This document shows, piece after piece, positions 8,872 to 18,820 of a stretch of 64,000 nucleotides of DNA. Position 1 is the first letter of the stretch. Each line of letters starts with the position of its first letter. The notes beneath the pieces are model-generated. The model was not told where the DNA came from. It saw only the letters and a program-made list of their open reading frames with translations, and ran no database searches. The stretch is from Candidatus Babeliales bacterium (GTDB lineage Bacteria; Babelota; Babeliae; Babelales; JBFXEV01): NCBI GenBank assembly GCA_050179755.1, contig JBFXEV010000001.1, forward strand, positions 425,994 through 489,993. Direction: 5' to 3'. A program made the translations under genes and the position numbers.

Positions 8872-10953
8872 TTATTCCTCACAAAGAGTTATACCAATTT
8901 TTATTAATCTTGCTCTAATGTCTTCTGGCACACCATTACTAAAGCAAATTTCATATATTTTTCCATCTTTTTTGGCAAGGTCTCTTGCATGACCCGCTCG
9001 TGAAAGCAACCTTTTTACTTTGTCTTCGGAAATTTTATCCCAGAACCAATCTTTACACTCGATCCACTTAGTTTCTGTAACTATATCAATTTCACAATCT
9101 AGCACTTTTTTACCAAATTCAATTATACGTTCTTTATTTTTAAATAGTCTATTGGCTGTTTTAATTTCAAAAGCTGCTCCTTGAGCAGTTTTTGTACTTT
9201 TCGCTGCTCTAAAATTATTAATAAATTTTTGGAATGGACCATCTTTAGTTAAAAATCCCTTTATATCTTTAAATTGCTCATAAGTTATTCTTAACTCTTC
9301 ATATTCAAGTCCTACTCTTTGCATTTGATGATATGTTGATGGAGTGTTTAATTCTTCTAATTTTAAACATGCTTCCTCAGATAGCCAGTTTCTTGGCTTT
9401 TCTCTAGGAGCATTTTGACTGTTTTGAGTATTATTGCCAAATCCACTTATTTGTGCGCCGTCATCAGACGTACTATTTGGTCCACTGCCTCCTGATCCAG
9501 CATTCGATGCCAATGTTAACACAGGAGCTATTTTAGATGCTGCGTCAAAAGCCCCACTAGCTATTTGAACAGCACCTGCACTTGCATTCATAATATCTGC
9601 AAGCGCTGCATCATAACAAATTGCCGCCTGCATAGTGCTTGGATCTAATGGTAAATTTAAAAAATCGCTATTCTCTAAAAATCTACTCAATCCTGATCCG
9701 GCATTTTTGCTCAACATGCCCAATGCACCAAAGGTAACGCTCGTTAACGTAGATTCCACCGCATAAGCAGTGCCTACTTCTATGCCTTTTAGCATGGTAT
9801 CATAATCAAAATCATGGCATATCTTTGTTAAAGCATTCTTAACATCAAGCATTGTTTGGCGGGCGGCAAATACGTCTCGCTTCACAAGGCCCCAATACGT
9901 TATCTTGCCCTGCTGCAGGTCAATCGCATCTTGCAATGATTGCTCCATGTAGCGCAGCGTGTAATGACCTGCCTTATTGCCAATAACATGCACTGTTTTT
10001 GCAAGGCCGTATAATGTGTTGCAAGCAGTATCAATCGGATGCAGCACTTTATTTGCGTAATTTACACCTCCTTTTGCTGCTCCTCTGCCCACTGCGGCGC
10101 TAATATCACACGTAATCTCTTTTACTTGCAGCGTTAACTTGTATAATCCATGGCAAAAATCAGCAAATGAAAAAGCGTCGGCTACACGCCCTCTCTGATT
10201 ATGCACGTGGCCTGCATGCGCAAAGCGCGTAAGTGTTGATGCAATTGGCTTATAATTATAATCTTGCTGATACCGCAGTTTGCCTGCACCGTTGAGAATA
10301 TCCACAATCTCTTGATGCAAGACGCGTTGAATTTGATTGCCATAACATTTTGGATATGTTGTTGTTGCAATTCCTTCTTCCTGCATCAAACAAAAAGCTT
10401 CATGCGTAATTTGATACGTCTGTTCTTGCCATACGTGATTACCCGTCAAACAATCATGCAGAGCCTCTGTGCGCTTTACTCTATATTGATGGGGAGTTAA
10501 CGCATGTATATCATCATATACTTCTATCTGTTGATATAACGCATAGTGTTCTTGCAGTTCTTGCTGTGTTTCACTAAAAATCTGCGCCGTCTGCTTTTTA
10601 TAAACACGCTGTTCTTCACATTTTCTTTTTGCTTGATTTTGAACTTCTAATTCATATGCATGTTGGGCAGCTGCTTGCTCTGCTTGCTTTAATTTTTCTT
10701 GTTTTTCACGCACAAATGATAGATGCTGATATTCTTCCTCTTCCTGCTTTCTTTTCTCTTTTTTATCTGAGCTCTTTTTAAATATACTAACAAAACATTT
10801 GCCTGCAGCGTATGCTAAAACACAAGTACCAACTATTACGCTAGCTGCTGCTTCAGCCGAATCTTTCACAAAACTAAATTCATTTTGTGCATAGAGTTGT
10901 TGCGTTTGACCAAAAACAAACAGCCAAAGTAAGGCAAGATGTTTTATTTTCAT
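8872..10953 (-). CDS. Polymorphic toxin copy 3 with PD-(D/E)XK-like nuclease tip
   Basis: Intact signal peptide, shared N-terminal body, Gly/Ser/Asn linker, GAAFEIK...EIDIVTETKWIECKDW. Confidence 0.8.
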   Translation of the reverse strand: MKIKHLALLWLFVFGQTQQLYAQNEFSFVKDSAEAAASVIVGTCVLAYAAGKCFVSIFKKSSDKKEKRKQEEEEYQHLSFVREKQEKLKQAEQAAAQHAYELEVQNQAKRKCEEQRVYKKQTAQIFSETQQELQEHYALYQQIEVYDDIHALTPHQYRVKRTEALHDCLTGNHVWQEQTYQITHEAFCLMQEEGIATTTYPKCYGNQIQRVLHQEIVDILNGAGKLRYQQDYNYKPIASTLTRFAHAGHVHNQRGRVADAFSFADFCHGLYKLTLQVKEITCDISAAVGRGAAKGGVNYANKVLHPIDTACNTLYGLAKTVHVIGNKAGHYTLRYMEQSLQDAIDLQQGKITYWGLVKRDVFAARQTMLDVKNALTKICHDFDYDTMLKGIEVGTAYAVESTLTSVTFGALGMLSKNAGSGLSRFLENSDFLNLPLDPSTMQAAICYDAALADIMNASAGAVQIASGAFDAASKIAPVLTLASNAGSGGSGPNSTSDDGAQISGFGNNTQNSQNAPREKPRNWLSEEACLKLEELNTPSTYHQMQRVGLEYEELRITYEQFKDIKGFLTKDGPFQKFINNFRAAKSTKTAQGAAFEIKTANRLFKNKERIIEFGKKVLDCEIDIVTETKWIECKDWFWDKISEDKVKRLLSRAGHARDLAKKDGKIYEICFSNGVPEDIRARLIKIGITLCEE

Positions 10954-10986
10954 GAGTGCTCCTTAGATGTATAAAAACTATGTGCA

Positions 10987-11014
10987 AGTATAATCCCAAA
11001 AGTAAACATGTAAA
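10987..11014 (-). promoter_or_regulatory. Sigma70-like promoter of toxin copy 3
   Basis: TTTACA (11014-11009)-N16-TATACT (10992-10987), conserved in all three copies; AAGGAG RBS. Confidence 0.55.
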
Positions 11015-11104
11015 GAAAAAACATCTCGATATATTGATTAAATCAATGTATTGAATACATAAAAATGATATTTTAGCGCGCAATAATAAGCTTTTTATAC
11101 ACTA

Positions 11105-13024
11105 CTACTCAGCAAGACGTGCTATAACCTCTTTATTTACTTCTCTTTTTTCTGCAGCGCGCATTGCATGTTTCCACATAACATCACGCACATTATAGCC
11201 CGGGTGATGTGCTGCATTATAAGCTTCAGCCACCTTAAACCCGATGAACAGTTCTAGTATTTCTGCCGTCTCGCGCATCTTCCATAAACGCTGCATTTCT
11301 TGCGAAAGATCATGCACTGTTTTGCCCGTGTGCAAGTTAGGCATACTCACCGGCATGTCCATTAGCCTTGTATCATCAGATGCCCATGCCACCCTTGGCC
11401 ATAAAAGATATACTAGAGTCCTCAGTTTTTCTAATTGCCCTTTATAGCGATAACTATTGTACAGTAATACTTCAATTGGTTTTAGATGATCATAGTTTTC
11501 TAGCAACTTATCACCGTCCAAACTGCGCACAAAATCAAACACAGCCGGGTCCATTAAGGCGCCATGCTCTGCAAGCGCGTGATACATTGTATTACCTTCA
11601 TAATCTTGTTTGTTCACATCAATATACTTTGCAACCAATTTCGCCATGGCAACTGAACGCGGGCAAAAAGATCTGTGCACGTCAGCATAAAGCTTGTGCC
11701 GTAGCATGTATTGTATAAACGCACAATCATCTTCAAGAAAAGCATGCTTTACCATGTGGCGCAATTCAGAACTATCAAATAAATATCCCAATCGAGTGGC
11801 AATAGTTAATGCAACCCAGCCACGTACGGTATGCCAATTTAAAAATATTCTCTTAAATTCTTGCTCTAAAAGAATACCCGCATCATCAGACACTGAAATA
11901 TCCTTGCGCTTGCACGCCAAAACCCGTCTACCGCCACTATAACTTGCATCTGTGTTTAATACTTTGCAAGATAAATCATCTGATCGCTCGGGCACAAGGG
12001 GCACGCATTGCTGCATAAATGAAAGCGTAACCACTTGATCAACCTCATCAATCTCTTGATGTTCTTCACAAATCAATGTGGCAACATCTTGCGCTCTATA
12101 ACAAACACCTTGTAGGTCAGGTATGTCCTGCGTATAAGCAAGCCCCAACGCACAAGCAACAGGTGCATAACGATTAATCAGAAGATAATCTTTGTATGTT
12201 TTGCCATGAGCATCTTTTACTGTGCCATCAACTCCTTGCGCCAGCAAGAATATAAGCATTGGCACAATGCATTCTTCTTTTTGCTCTAGATTGTAGAGCG
12301 CTGCGCAATGCAATGGCGTACGTCCTTGTGCATCGCACGCATGCACGTCAGCTCCTTTAGCTATGCAAAACTTTAAAAGTTTAATTATTTCGTTGCCAGC
12401 ATGCCCGCGGCTTTTAGGCATAGGAGGGTGTGTACACATATGATGTAGTATTGTTTTATTATCTCTGGCAGCACGCACACTATAATCTGCGCCAAGAAAT
12501 AACCAAAGCCGCTTGGCCATTTTTTTACTTTGCGCAATAAAAAAAAATGGTAATTCTTCACTGCTACAAATTCCCTTACGACGTGCAGGTTCGCATGTAT
12601 TTTCGGTATACAATGTATGTATAAGCCAACTTGGAGCAGGTCTATATGGTGCAATAGTTGCAATAAAACGCGGCAAGTCTTTCTCTATCGCCTTTTTAAG
12701 CAATGCTCGTAAATCGAATTCATCTGCAACGCCCACGGCTACACAGCATGCGGCCTTATATTGTTGCTCCATAGTATCAAGAGCCGCCACGTGCGCGAGC
12801 GCATCTTTGCGCACAGAATATGGACTCGCGCGCAAGCGCTGTGCTGTGCGATCTTCTTGTAATTCCCAAGTGGGCCAATATCCATTAAAAGTACGTGCAG
12901 CCAGAATAGGCCAACCGTGATTTGCAAACTCTTCTTTGGTGTTAAATGGTTTTATAATATCCATCGCGCCCACCACATGAGCTACCGCAATCATACTCAG
13001 CAACACAATTCTCTGTATAATCAT
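11105..13024 (-). CDS. Secreted ankyrin-repeat protein
   Basis: Signal peptide (...VVGA-MD); GADVHACDAQGRTPLHCAA. Paralog of 20210-21982. Confidence 0.8.
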   Translation of the reverse strand: MIIQRIVLLSMIAVAHVVGAMDIIKPFNTKEEFANHGWPILAARTFNGYWPTWELQEDRTAQRLRASPYSVRKDALAHVAALDTMEQQYKAACCVAVGVADEFDLRALLKKAIEKDLPRFIATIAPYRPAPSWLIHTLYTENTCEPARRKGICSSEELPFFFIAQSKKMAKRLWLFLGADYSVRAARDNKTILHHMCTHPPMPKSRGHAGNEIIKLLKFCIAKGADVHACDAQGRTPLHCAALYNLEQKEECIVPMLIFLLAQGVDGTVKDAHGKTYKDYLLINRYAPVACALGLAYTQDIPDLQGVCYRAQDVATLICEEHQEIDEVDQVVTLSFMQQCVPLVPERSDDLSCKVLNTDASYSGGRRVLACKRKDISVSDDAGILLEQEFKRIFLNWHTVRGWVALTIATRLGYLFDSSELRHMVKHAFLEDDCAFIQYMLRHKLYADVHRSFCPRSVAMAKLVAKYIDVNKQDYEGNTMYHALAEHGALMDPAVFDFVRSLDGDKLLENYDHLKPIEVLLYNSYRYKGQLEKLRTLVYLLWPRVAWASDDTRLMDMPVSMPNLHTGKTVHDLSQEMQRLWKMRETAEILELFIGFKVAEAYNAAHHPGYNVRDVMWKHAMRAAEKREVNKEVIARLAE

Positions 13025-13510
13025 AAATCTCTTTGCTCCCGTATTCTCCTGTATGATCAAGCTTTGTTTTATTAAACTTGTTTATGCACGACAATTGCTC
13101 TTCTTTGCCATATTGCATAAAACGATAACTGTGCTCTGCTAACACGTCAAGCGCAGTCTGTGACCAAAAACAAACAGCTAAAGTACTGAACATCAAGAAG
13201 TTGAATTAAAAGCACAACGGAGTGAGCTCTCTTGTGTTTCTGCATTTTTTGGAATAATGTCTGCATTTACCTTTATGCAGGCAGAAAGTGATGTAACTTT
13301 GCGATTAATTTCTTTCGCTTCTGCTTTACTTGCGACATCTCACCATGTTACCAAACAACAGTTATCCGCTGGCACTATTTTTGAGACTAGAAAGAAAGAA
13401 TTAGCTACACAGTTAAATATAACTAAAATCAAAATTGAACCTGATGAATTTATAAGCTGTGTAAAAAACAATCATTAAATTCAGTAAAATTTTATTACTC
13501 TGCAGCCTTC

Positions 13511-14074
13511 TCATGCAATCTGGCAACACACGCGGCTTTTTTCATGCGCATATGCAAGATACTGCTGAGAATATTCACTGTTAATATACTTTGATTGTTC
13601 AAATATTTCATTATACAATCTAAATCCACCCTGCTCACAAAGCGCCCTATGCACCGTATTTGCCCTACGCACCATAACAAGCACTTTTTGAGCCTCCGGA
13701 TACTGCCGCAGCACATGCTGCACATACGCATTGCGGATCATAAGCTCCTGTTCTTTATATAAAATATTAATGGGCAGCGTACGTATAAGCACTGTGTTAG
13801 TATCCCTCAACAATTCATAGGTTGTGCACCCTACAAGTTCATAACCCAAAAACGCAAAAGCTAGTTTTAACTTATTATCACCCAGTGCAGCGCGTGTTTT
13901 AGCAAAAATCCTTGCAAGATAAGCATCAACTGGCTCAGTAACCCCTAGTGTTGCAGGAGATATCTCTTTATAAAGATGAGAAAAGTAGCGGATAAAAATG
14001 GCTTTAAATTGAACTAATTCATTGCTGCTTATTTCTTTTATTTCTTGAACACGAATATCAGCACTTGATTGCAT
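13511..14074 (-). CDS. GNAT-fold acetyltransferase-like protein
   Basis: ELVGCTTY and VRRAN...ALCEQGGF motifs. Confidence 0.55.
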   Translation of the reverse strand: MQSSADIRVQEIKEISSNELVQFKAIFIRYFSHLYKEISPATLGVTEPVDAYLARIFAKTRAALGDNKLKLAFAFLGYELVGCTTYELLRDTNTVLIRTLPINILYKEQELMIRNAYVQHVLRQYPEAQKVLVMVRRANTVHRALCEQGGFRLYNEIFEQSKYINSEYSQQYLAYAHEKSRVCCQIA

Positions 14075-14105
14075 AAAATGATATTTTCTTTAGAACTGTT
14101 GTAGT

Positions 14106-14729
14106 TTATTTAGACGTTTTTGTGACTTCTTTCAACTTATCTTCATATTCTTTGAATGTTGAAAGTCCAACAGCTTTTCTACGCATATCTATATTTTCTG
14201 AATCTTCAATCTCATAAGGAACCATTACGCCATCTTGCAAATGAAATTGCGTGCCATATCTTTGTGGTCTATTTTCTGCCATTGCTACACGATCATAAAG
14301 ATAGGCAGTATTTTTGCAACTTGTTTCTTTTTTTAAACAAAGTTTTTCTAAACGTGTAAGCACTTCTTTCTGAAACGCAGGATCAAGATCGGCATGTTGC
14401 ACCAAAAGCCATGCATCATTATCTGCCTCTTCTCCAAACGCAGAAATAATGGGCCATTGCTCAGGCAAACTTTGTAATATATCTTTTAACACTGCGGTAT
14501 TTTTTCTATCAATTGCATGAATTTGCTCCCATAACGCCGTATCAAACTGTGCATAATCAACTTTTAAACGAAGGTCCTGATCTTCAGCAACCATTGCTTT
14601 AAGCTGTTTTTGAATTGATTCTCTTTGTGATCCCGGCTTTTTCATACAATAGAGAGCGCTCACCACAATAAGAAGCAAAAGAACAAGCATTATTTTATTA
14701 TAACTCTGCATGCTTACTCTTTCAGACAA
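14106..14729 (-). CDS. DUF6624-like secreted protein
   Basis: DQDLR, AWLLVQHAD, AYLYDRV...PQRYGTQ, RRKAVGL. Confidence 0.75.
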   Translation of the reverse strand: MSERVSMQSYNKIMLVLLLLIVVSALYCMKKPGSQRESIQKQLKAMVAEDQDLRLKVDYAQFDTALWEQIHAIDRKNTAVLKDILQSLPEQWPIISAFGEEADNDAWLLVQHADLDPAFQKEVLTRLEKLCLKKETSCKNTAYLYDRVAMAENRPQRYGTQFHLQDGVMVPYEIEDSENIDMRRKAVGLSTFKEYEDKLKEVTKTSK

Positions 14730-14767
14730 TAATTAAGATTCATTGCATATACTAAACTCATAGACAT

Positions 14768-15628
14768 TCATGGTTTGACCGTACTTAAATCTGTTTCACT
14801 GCAAGCGATATTTTCATTAGTACTCAAAAATAGTTCAGGCCTATACTCAAAATGCATCGTATCATAATGATACATTTTACCACCCCAAATAAAACCATAT
14901 TTTTCAAAAACTTCTACAATTTCCCACGGCACGGTATTGCGATACTGCAATAGTTCGTCTTCACTGATTTGGCGATTTTCTGCTTTAAGATCCCATTGCC
15001 AATAGTTTGATTCTTGTGCATTAATATCTAATGTCATGCCAAAACTATGAGCGCTTAAACGATTAGTGTTTGCAATAACGCGCCAGCAATACGTGCCACC
15101 TGGATTTGCAAGATATTTAATCATATCTGGATATTCACCAACAAGTTCCTCAAGCTCATCAGAAATCGCTTGTATCTTTGCATGCACGTTATTAATTCTG
15201 GTTACCCGCAAAATATACGTGCTAGATCCAAATACATTTGGCATCCATGCAACGTGTTCTAAATTATCTTCAACTTCTGCTGGCGTGGCACCATACATTT
15301 TTTTAAAAAAGGGTTCATATCGTATTCTGCCAGGATCTTCATTTGGCAATTCTAAAGGCTCACCGATTTGATAGCAGGCTTGCAGCACATGATCTTTTAA
15401 TGTTGGCTTATCAAGTTTTTCTTGCATGGTTTCAAAAAGTTCACCAAGTAGCATGCTAGTGCCATCATGCCAAAGAATATATTCATGAGTAACAAATTGA
15501 ATATGATCTGGATACGCATTTTGTAACCGTATGAGTGCTTGATCTAATTGATCCATACAATGTAGAGTACTCCAGAAAAGTAATGCAAATAAGCACATAC
15601 TTTTAGCCACAAAAAATTCCTCAAGCAT
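14768..15628 (-). CDS. M15 family peptidoglycan metallopeptidase
   Basis: SAHSFGMTLDIN and GFIWGG..YHYDTMHFEYRPE zinc-ligand motifs. Confidence 0.85.
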   Translation of the reverse strand: MLEEFFVAKSMCLFALLFWSTLHCMDQLDQALIRLQNAYPDHIQFVTHEYILWHDGTSMLLGELFETMQEKLDKPTLKDHVLQACYQIGEPLELPNEDPGRIRYEPFFKKMYGATPAEVEDNLEHVAWMPNVFGSSTYILRVTRINNVHAKIQAISDELEELVGEYPDMIKYLANPGGTYCWRVIANTNRLSAHSFGMTLDINAQESNYWQWDLKAENRQISEDELLQYRNTVPWEIVEVFEKYGFIWGGKMYHYDTMHFEYRPELFLSTNENIACSETDLSTVKP

Positions 15629-15684
15629 TTATAGTTTTGGTATACTAAAAACAATGATACCATTTTACCCATCAAAGGAACAAC

Positions 15685-16566
15685 ATGTTGCGTATCACAT
15701 TGCATCTCTTAACCACAACGCTATATATTTCTCAATTATTCGCACAGCAAAACACAGAATCTGCTTGGCAACAGTATACAGAAACAAAAAAAGCACAGGC
15801 GAAACTAGCAGCGACAGAAGAATTAAAAACACAACTCAAGCAAACAGCAGCTGCTGCCACACCGGTAGAGCAAGCATTCCGCAACCAGTGCTTGCAACAA
15901 AATTGTTTGGCATGCATAAAACTAAAAGAACGCATAGAAGCACGCATAAAAGAAGTTGAAGAACTTCGTTGCAAAGCAGCCGTAAATGGCAAAAAACTAA
16001 GAACCATATTGCATGATACTGAACTCTCCCATGAATTAAAGCAAGAACTTGCAGAGCCTTTCATGCAAGCAGCGCAAGAATTTTTCACAAAAATCAGCCG
16101 CGATATTCCTGCATGCGCCACGTATGCTTATGGAATACATCTTCCACCTATGGAAAGCATTGAAATAAGTTTAAATGAATGTTTAGGCGACTCAGAAATA
16201 CAAAATAAACTGTTTTATGCTCTTATCCCTGAAAGTAACATAGCAGTACCTACGCAAGAACAGCTAAGCTGTGCAAAGAAGATTGTTATTCTTAGTAATC
16301 AAAGAGTTGAGGCTTTGCCAACAGGGCTACAAACTAAAAAGCTTGCCAACTCCACGTATGAAGTTGGTGGCATTGTAGAACATACTATCCTTAGTGAATA
16401 TACGCGCGGTCATGATTCAACAGGAAAAAATGTACAGACAACTGACTTGCGTAAAGTGTTAGTCTGTACAGGCGAAGAACTGCTTATTCTGCAACAATTA
16501 TATAGAAAACAGCAACAACAAATAATGCAGAAGTTAGATGATATGATTGCAAACTTAAATGACTAA
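15685..16566 (+). CDS. Secreted hypothetical protein, coiled-coil N-terminus
   Basis: AAGGA RBS, signal peptide, 293 aa. Confidence 0.6.
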   Translation: MLRITLHLLTTTLYISQLFAQQNTESAWQQYTETKKAQAKLAATEELKTQLKQTAAAATPVEQAFRNQCLQQNCLACIKLKERIEARIKEVEELRCKAAVNGKKLRTILHDTELSHELKQELAEPFMQAAQEFFTKISRDIPACATYAYGIHLPPMESIEISLNECLGDSEIQNKLFYALIPESNIAVPTQEQLSCAKKIVILSNQRVEALPTGLQTKKLANSTYEVGGIVEHTILSEYTRGHDSTGKNVQTTDLRKVLVCTGEELLILQQLYRKQQQQIMQKLDDMIANLND

Positions 16567-16579
16567 GTCAACTTGTTTT

Positions 16580-17230
16580 TCAACTAAATAACCCAAGAAG
16601 TCTTATAAGCAAAGGTATATGATATTTATCTTCAACAGCTTCAAGTTGACTCAAATCAAGATGCTTTTGCAAATATCGATTTGACTGCACGTCTTGCAAT
16701 GCAACGCCATTATCCCAACGAGTCCAGAATATAACTTCACCATCACGATCATACAAAAAGATGGCACGATTAATTTTTATGTGATATACAACCACGGCTT
16801 TCACTGCTTGTAATTTAGCATTTTCGTCTAGACGCTTTTTACATTCTTCATATGTCATCATAGACATTTGCTTAAGTTCTTCAATTGCAATAACTTTGCC
16901 TTCTCTATTGTGATAGGTAGCTACTGCTTCACATCTGTCTTTTAGCAATGCTTTTTTAATCACATCTAACTGACAGACTTTACAAGGGCTAATGTGCTTG
17001 TGATCCAGCTTAACACATGTACAACCTGATTTTTTATGTATTTGATAATATGAAGCATCTTTAACTTGCGTCCAACCAAGCTTGTCGTGCCAACTTTTAA
17101 CTTGCTTTGGTTGATCCTCTTTATTCCAAAAATTAAAATTAAACGCTATGGCCGGAGTTGTTACATAACAGCACAGCACAACGATAAAAAATTTAAACAT
17201 GCGTAAGATAAACTCATGAGAATAAAACAT
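16580..17230 (-). CDS. Secreted hypothetical protein
   Basis: Signal peptide ending AIA. Confidence 0.55.
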   Translation of the reverse strand: MFYSHEFILRMFKFFIVVLCCYVTTPAIAFNFNFWNKEDQPKQVKSWHDKLGWTQVKDASYYQIHKKSGCTCVKLDHKHISPCKVCQLDVIKKALLKDRCEAVATYHNREGKVIAIEELKQMSMMTYEECKKRLDENAKLQAVKAVVVYHIKINRAIFLYDRDGEVIFWTRWDNGVALQDVQSNRYLQKHLDLSQLEAVEDKYHIPLLIRLLGLFS

Positions 17231-17239
17231 AAAGACTCT

Positions 17240-17803
17240 TTATTTTGATTGTTGTAAATTTTCGGCGACTACCTCAAGAGTATTATATACTTCATTAATT
17301 TCGGTAATCATACCATTATCAATGGTTAAGAATTTCATTACCACAAATGTGCCAATGTGCTCTGTAGGAATTTCATAATGAATCAACACTTTGTTAGCTT
17401 CTACATTTACCATCATCACATTCACAATGTTGACTGACCACAGCCCTGCTCCAACTTTGGCAGTTGCAAGTTGATTATAAAGTTCATCAACAGTTCGCGT
17501 GATCACCTTACCGTTAACTACCTTTTGGCAATCGTCTGCAAAAAGTGATGCCATAAACCCTTTAATGTCCCCTTGATCGGCAGACCCAAATTGAGCCAAA
17601 AAGTTTGTATAGCGCTTTGCAGCAGCATATAATGCAGCTTCCTTGCGCAAGCGAAGGTCATATGCTCGTGCTGCAACAATATATTGCTTTGCAACTTCCC
17701 GTTTGGTATCTTGGCTAACCTCCTGCTTATCTACAGCAGTAAGGTTGGCACATGAACTAATTGCAAAACCTAACCCCAAGAAAACAACTAATTTTTTAAA
17801 CAT
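17240..17803 (-). CDS. Exported SnoaL/NTF2-like protein
   Basis: LFADDCQKVVNG ... ITEINEVY; related to 59896-60354. Confidence 0.6.
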   Translation of the reverse strand: MFKKLVVFLGLGFAISSCANLTAVDKQEVSQDTKREVAKQYIVAARAYDLRLRKEAALYAAAKRYTNFLAQFGSADQGDIKGFMASLFADDCQKVVNGKVITRTVDELYNQLATAKVGAGLWSVNIVNVMMVNVEANKVLIHYEIPTEHIGTFVVMKFLTIDNGMITEINEVYNTLEVVAENLQQSK

Positions 17804-17828
17804 AATAATCCTCTTAAAAACTTATATG

Positions 17829-18222
17829 CTAACTATATTTATGCTTGCTTGGCTCAATTGCACCCATTTTCGCAAGCTGCTCCACTGCTCCAGGGCAATC
17901 TTTCAGCATTGCTTCTAGCAACAATCTTTCACTCATCTGCATAATTACACGCAGCGCTTGAGCCTGTGATTCTGGCATGCCTTTTAAGGTATATTCATCA
18001 TACTCATACAGCGCAAGCTGTAATGTAAGCAAAACACCTAACGGGTTAAGCTGCTTTTCTGCAATACTTTCAACTAAATGTGTTTTTTCCCAAAAAGTGC
18101 TGATACGCTGCCAGTCGCTCTTTAAGCACCTTGGCATTAGGCATTTGGCATGCTTGCTCAATTTCGGCAGAGAGCAGACTACTAGTAATAAGTGCAGCGG
18201 CCAACATATAACGAAATTTCAT
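17829..18222 (-). pseudogene. Frameshifted secreted hypothetical protein
   Basis: Signal-peptide ORF from ATG 18222 stops at 18070. Coding continues in another frame across TTTTTGGGAAAAAA (about 18083-18096). Confidence 0.6.
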
Positions 18223-18424
18223 AAGCCACTTTCTAGATATAGGTAAATCTGTAAATAGATCATTCACTGAATCGGTGTCTATAAAATAGCATATCATAAA
18301 CTATGGGCAATAATAGCCCTGGCATGCTATTTTGAAGCGGCTTAACCCCTTGCTAAATTTGACAAATAGAAGCCTGTTTACTAGTCTTAAAACTATTATA
18401 TTCTTTTTTAAGAAAGGCTATCCC

Positions 18425-18820
18425 ATGGAAAAATCAACCCTATTCCTGCTCACCTTCCTATGTACAGCAACTAATTCATTCTGTTCTTGGGGCACAAAAT
18501 ACCAAACTGATACAGAAAGATACAGGCAACTCTACGAAGAAGCTAAAATAGAAGTTAATAGTTATCCAGAAATGGCCTGTGAGTTAACGGAGCCTGGAAC
18601 TCTAGAAGCGATTGGCGCTCTTGCCTATTTAGAGGATCAAATTCAAAAAAAACTCAAAGCAAAAGTAGATCAATGCCTTGCAGGTAGCATGCCTGAATCA
18701 TCTTGTTACGATTGCAGTGCAATAAATTTATATATAAAGCTTCTATCGGCACAAAAGACGGCAGAAGAAGCCAGAAAAGTATTAAAATGGGTAGAAGAAA
18801 CATTGCAAAAAGCAAAATAA
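18425..18820 (+). CDS. Secreted hypothetical protein
   Basis: Likely start MEKSTLFLL after AAAGG. Confidence 0.55.
   Translation: MEKSTLFLLTFLCTATNSFCSWGTKYQTDTERYRQLYEEAKIEVNSYPEMACELTEPGTLEAIGALAYLEDQIQKKLKAKVDQCLAGSMPESSCYDCSAINLYIKLLSAQKTAEEARKVLKWVEETLQKAK

Noticed and set aside
2167..10500. Repeated short ORFs (2167-2355, 2249-2485, 7206-7442, 10182-10370, 10264-10500)
   Set aside because: Shadow frames that recur only because the toxin genes are duplicated.
914..10953. Toxin-like genes read as restriction-modification or a diversity-generating retroelement
   Set aside because: No methyltransferase or reverse transcriptase; differences are not adenine-specific; signal peptides and coupled small genes fit toxin-immunity better.
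13257..13478. 73 aa ORF
   Set aside because: No recognisable motif; may be a fragment, insufficient evidence.
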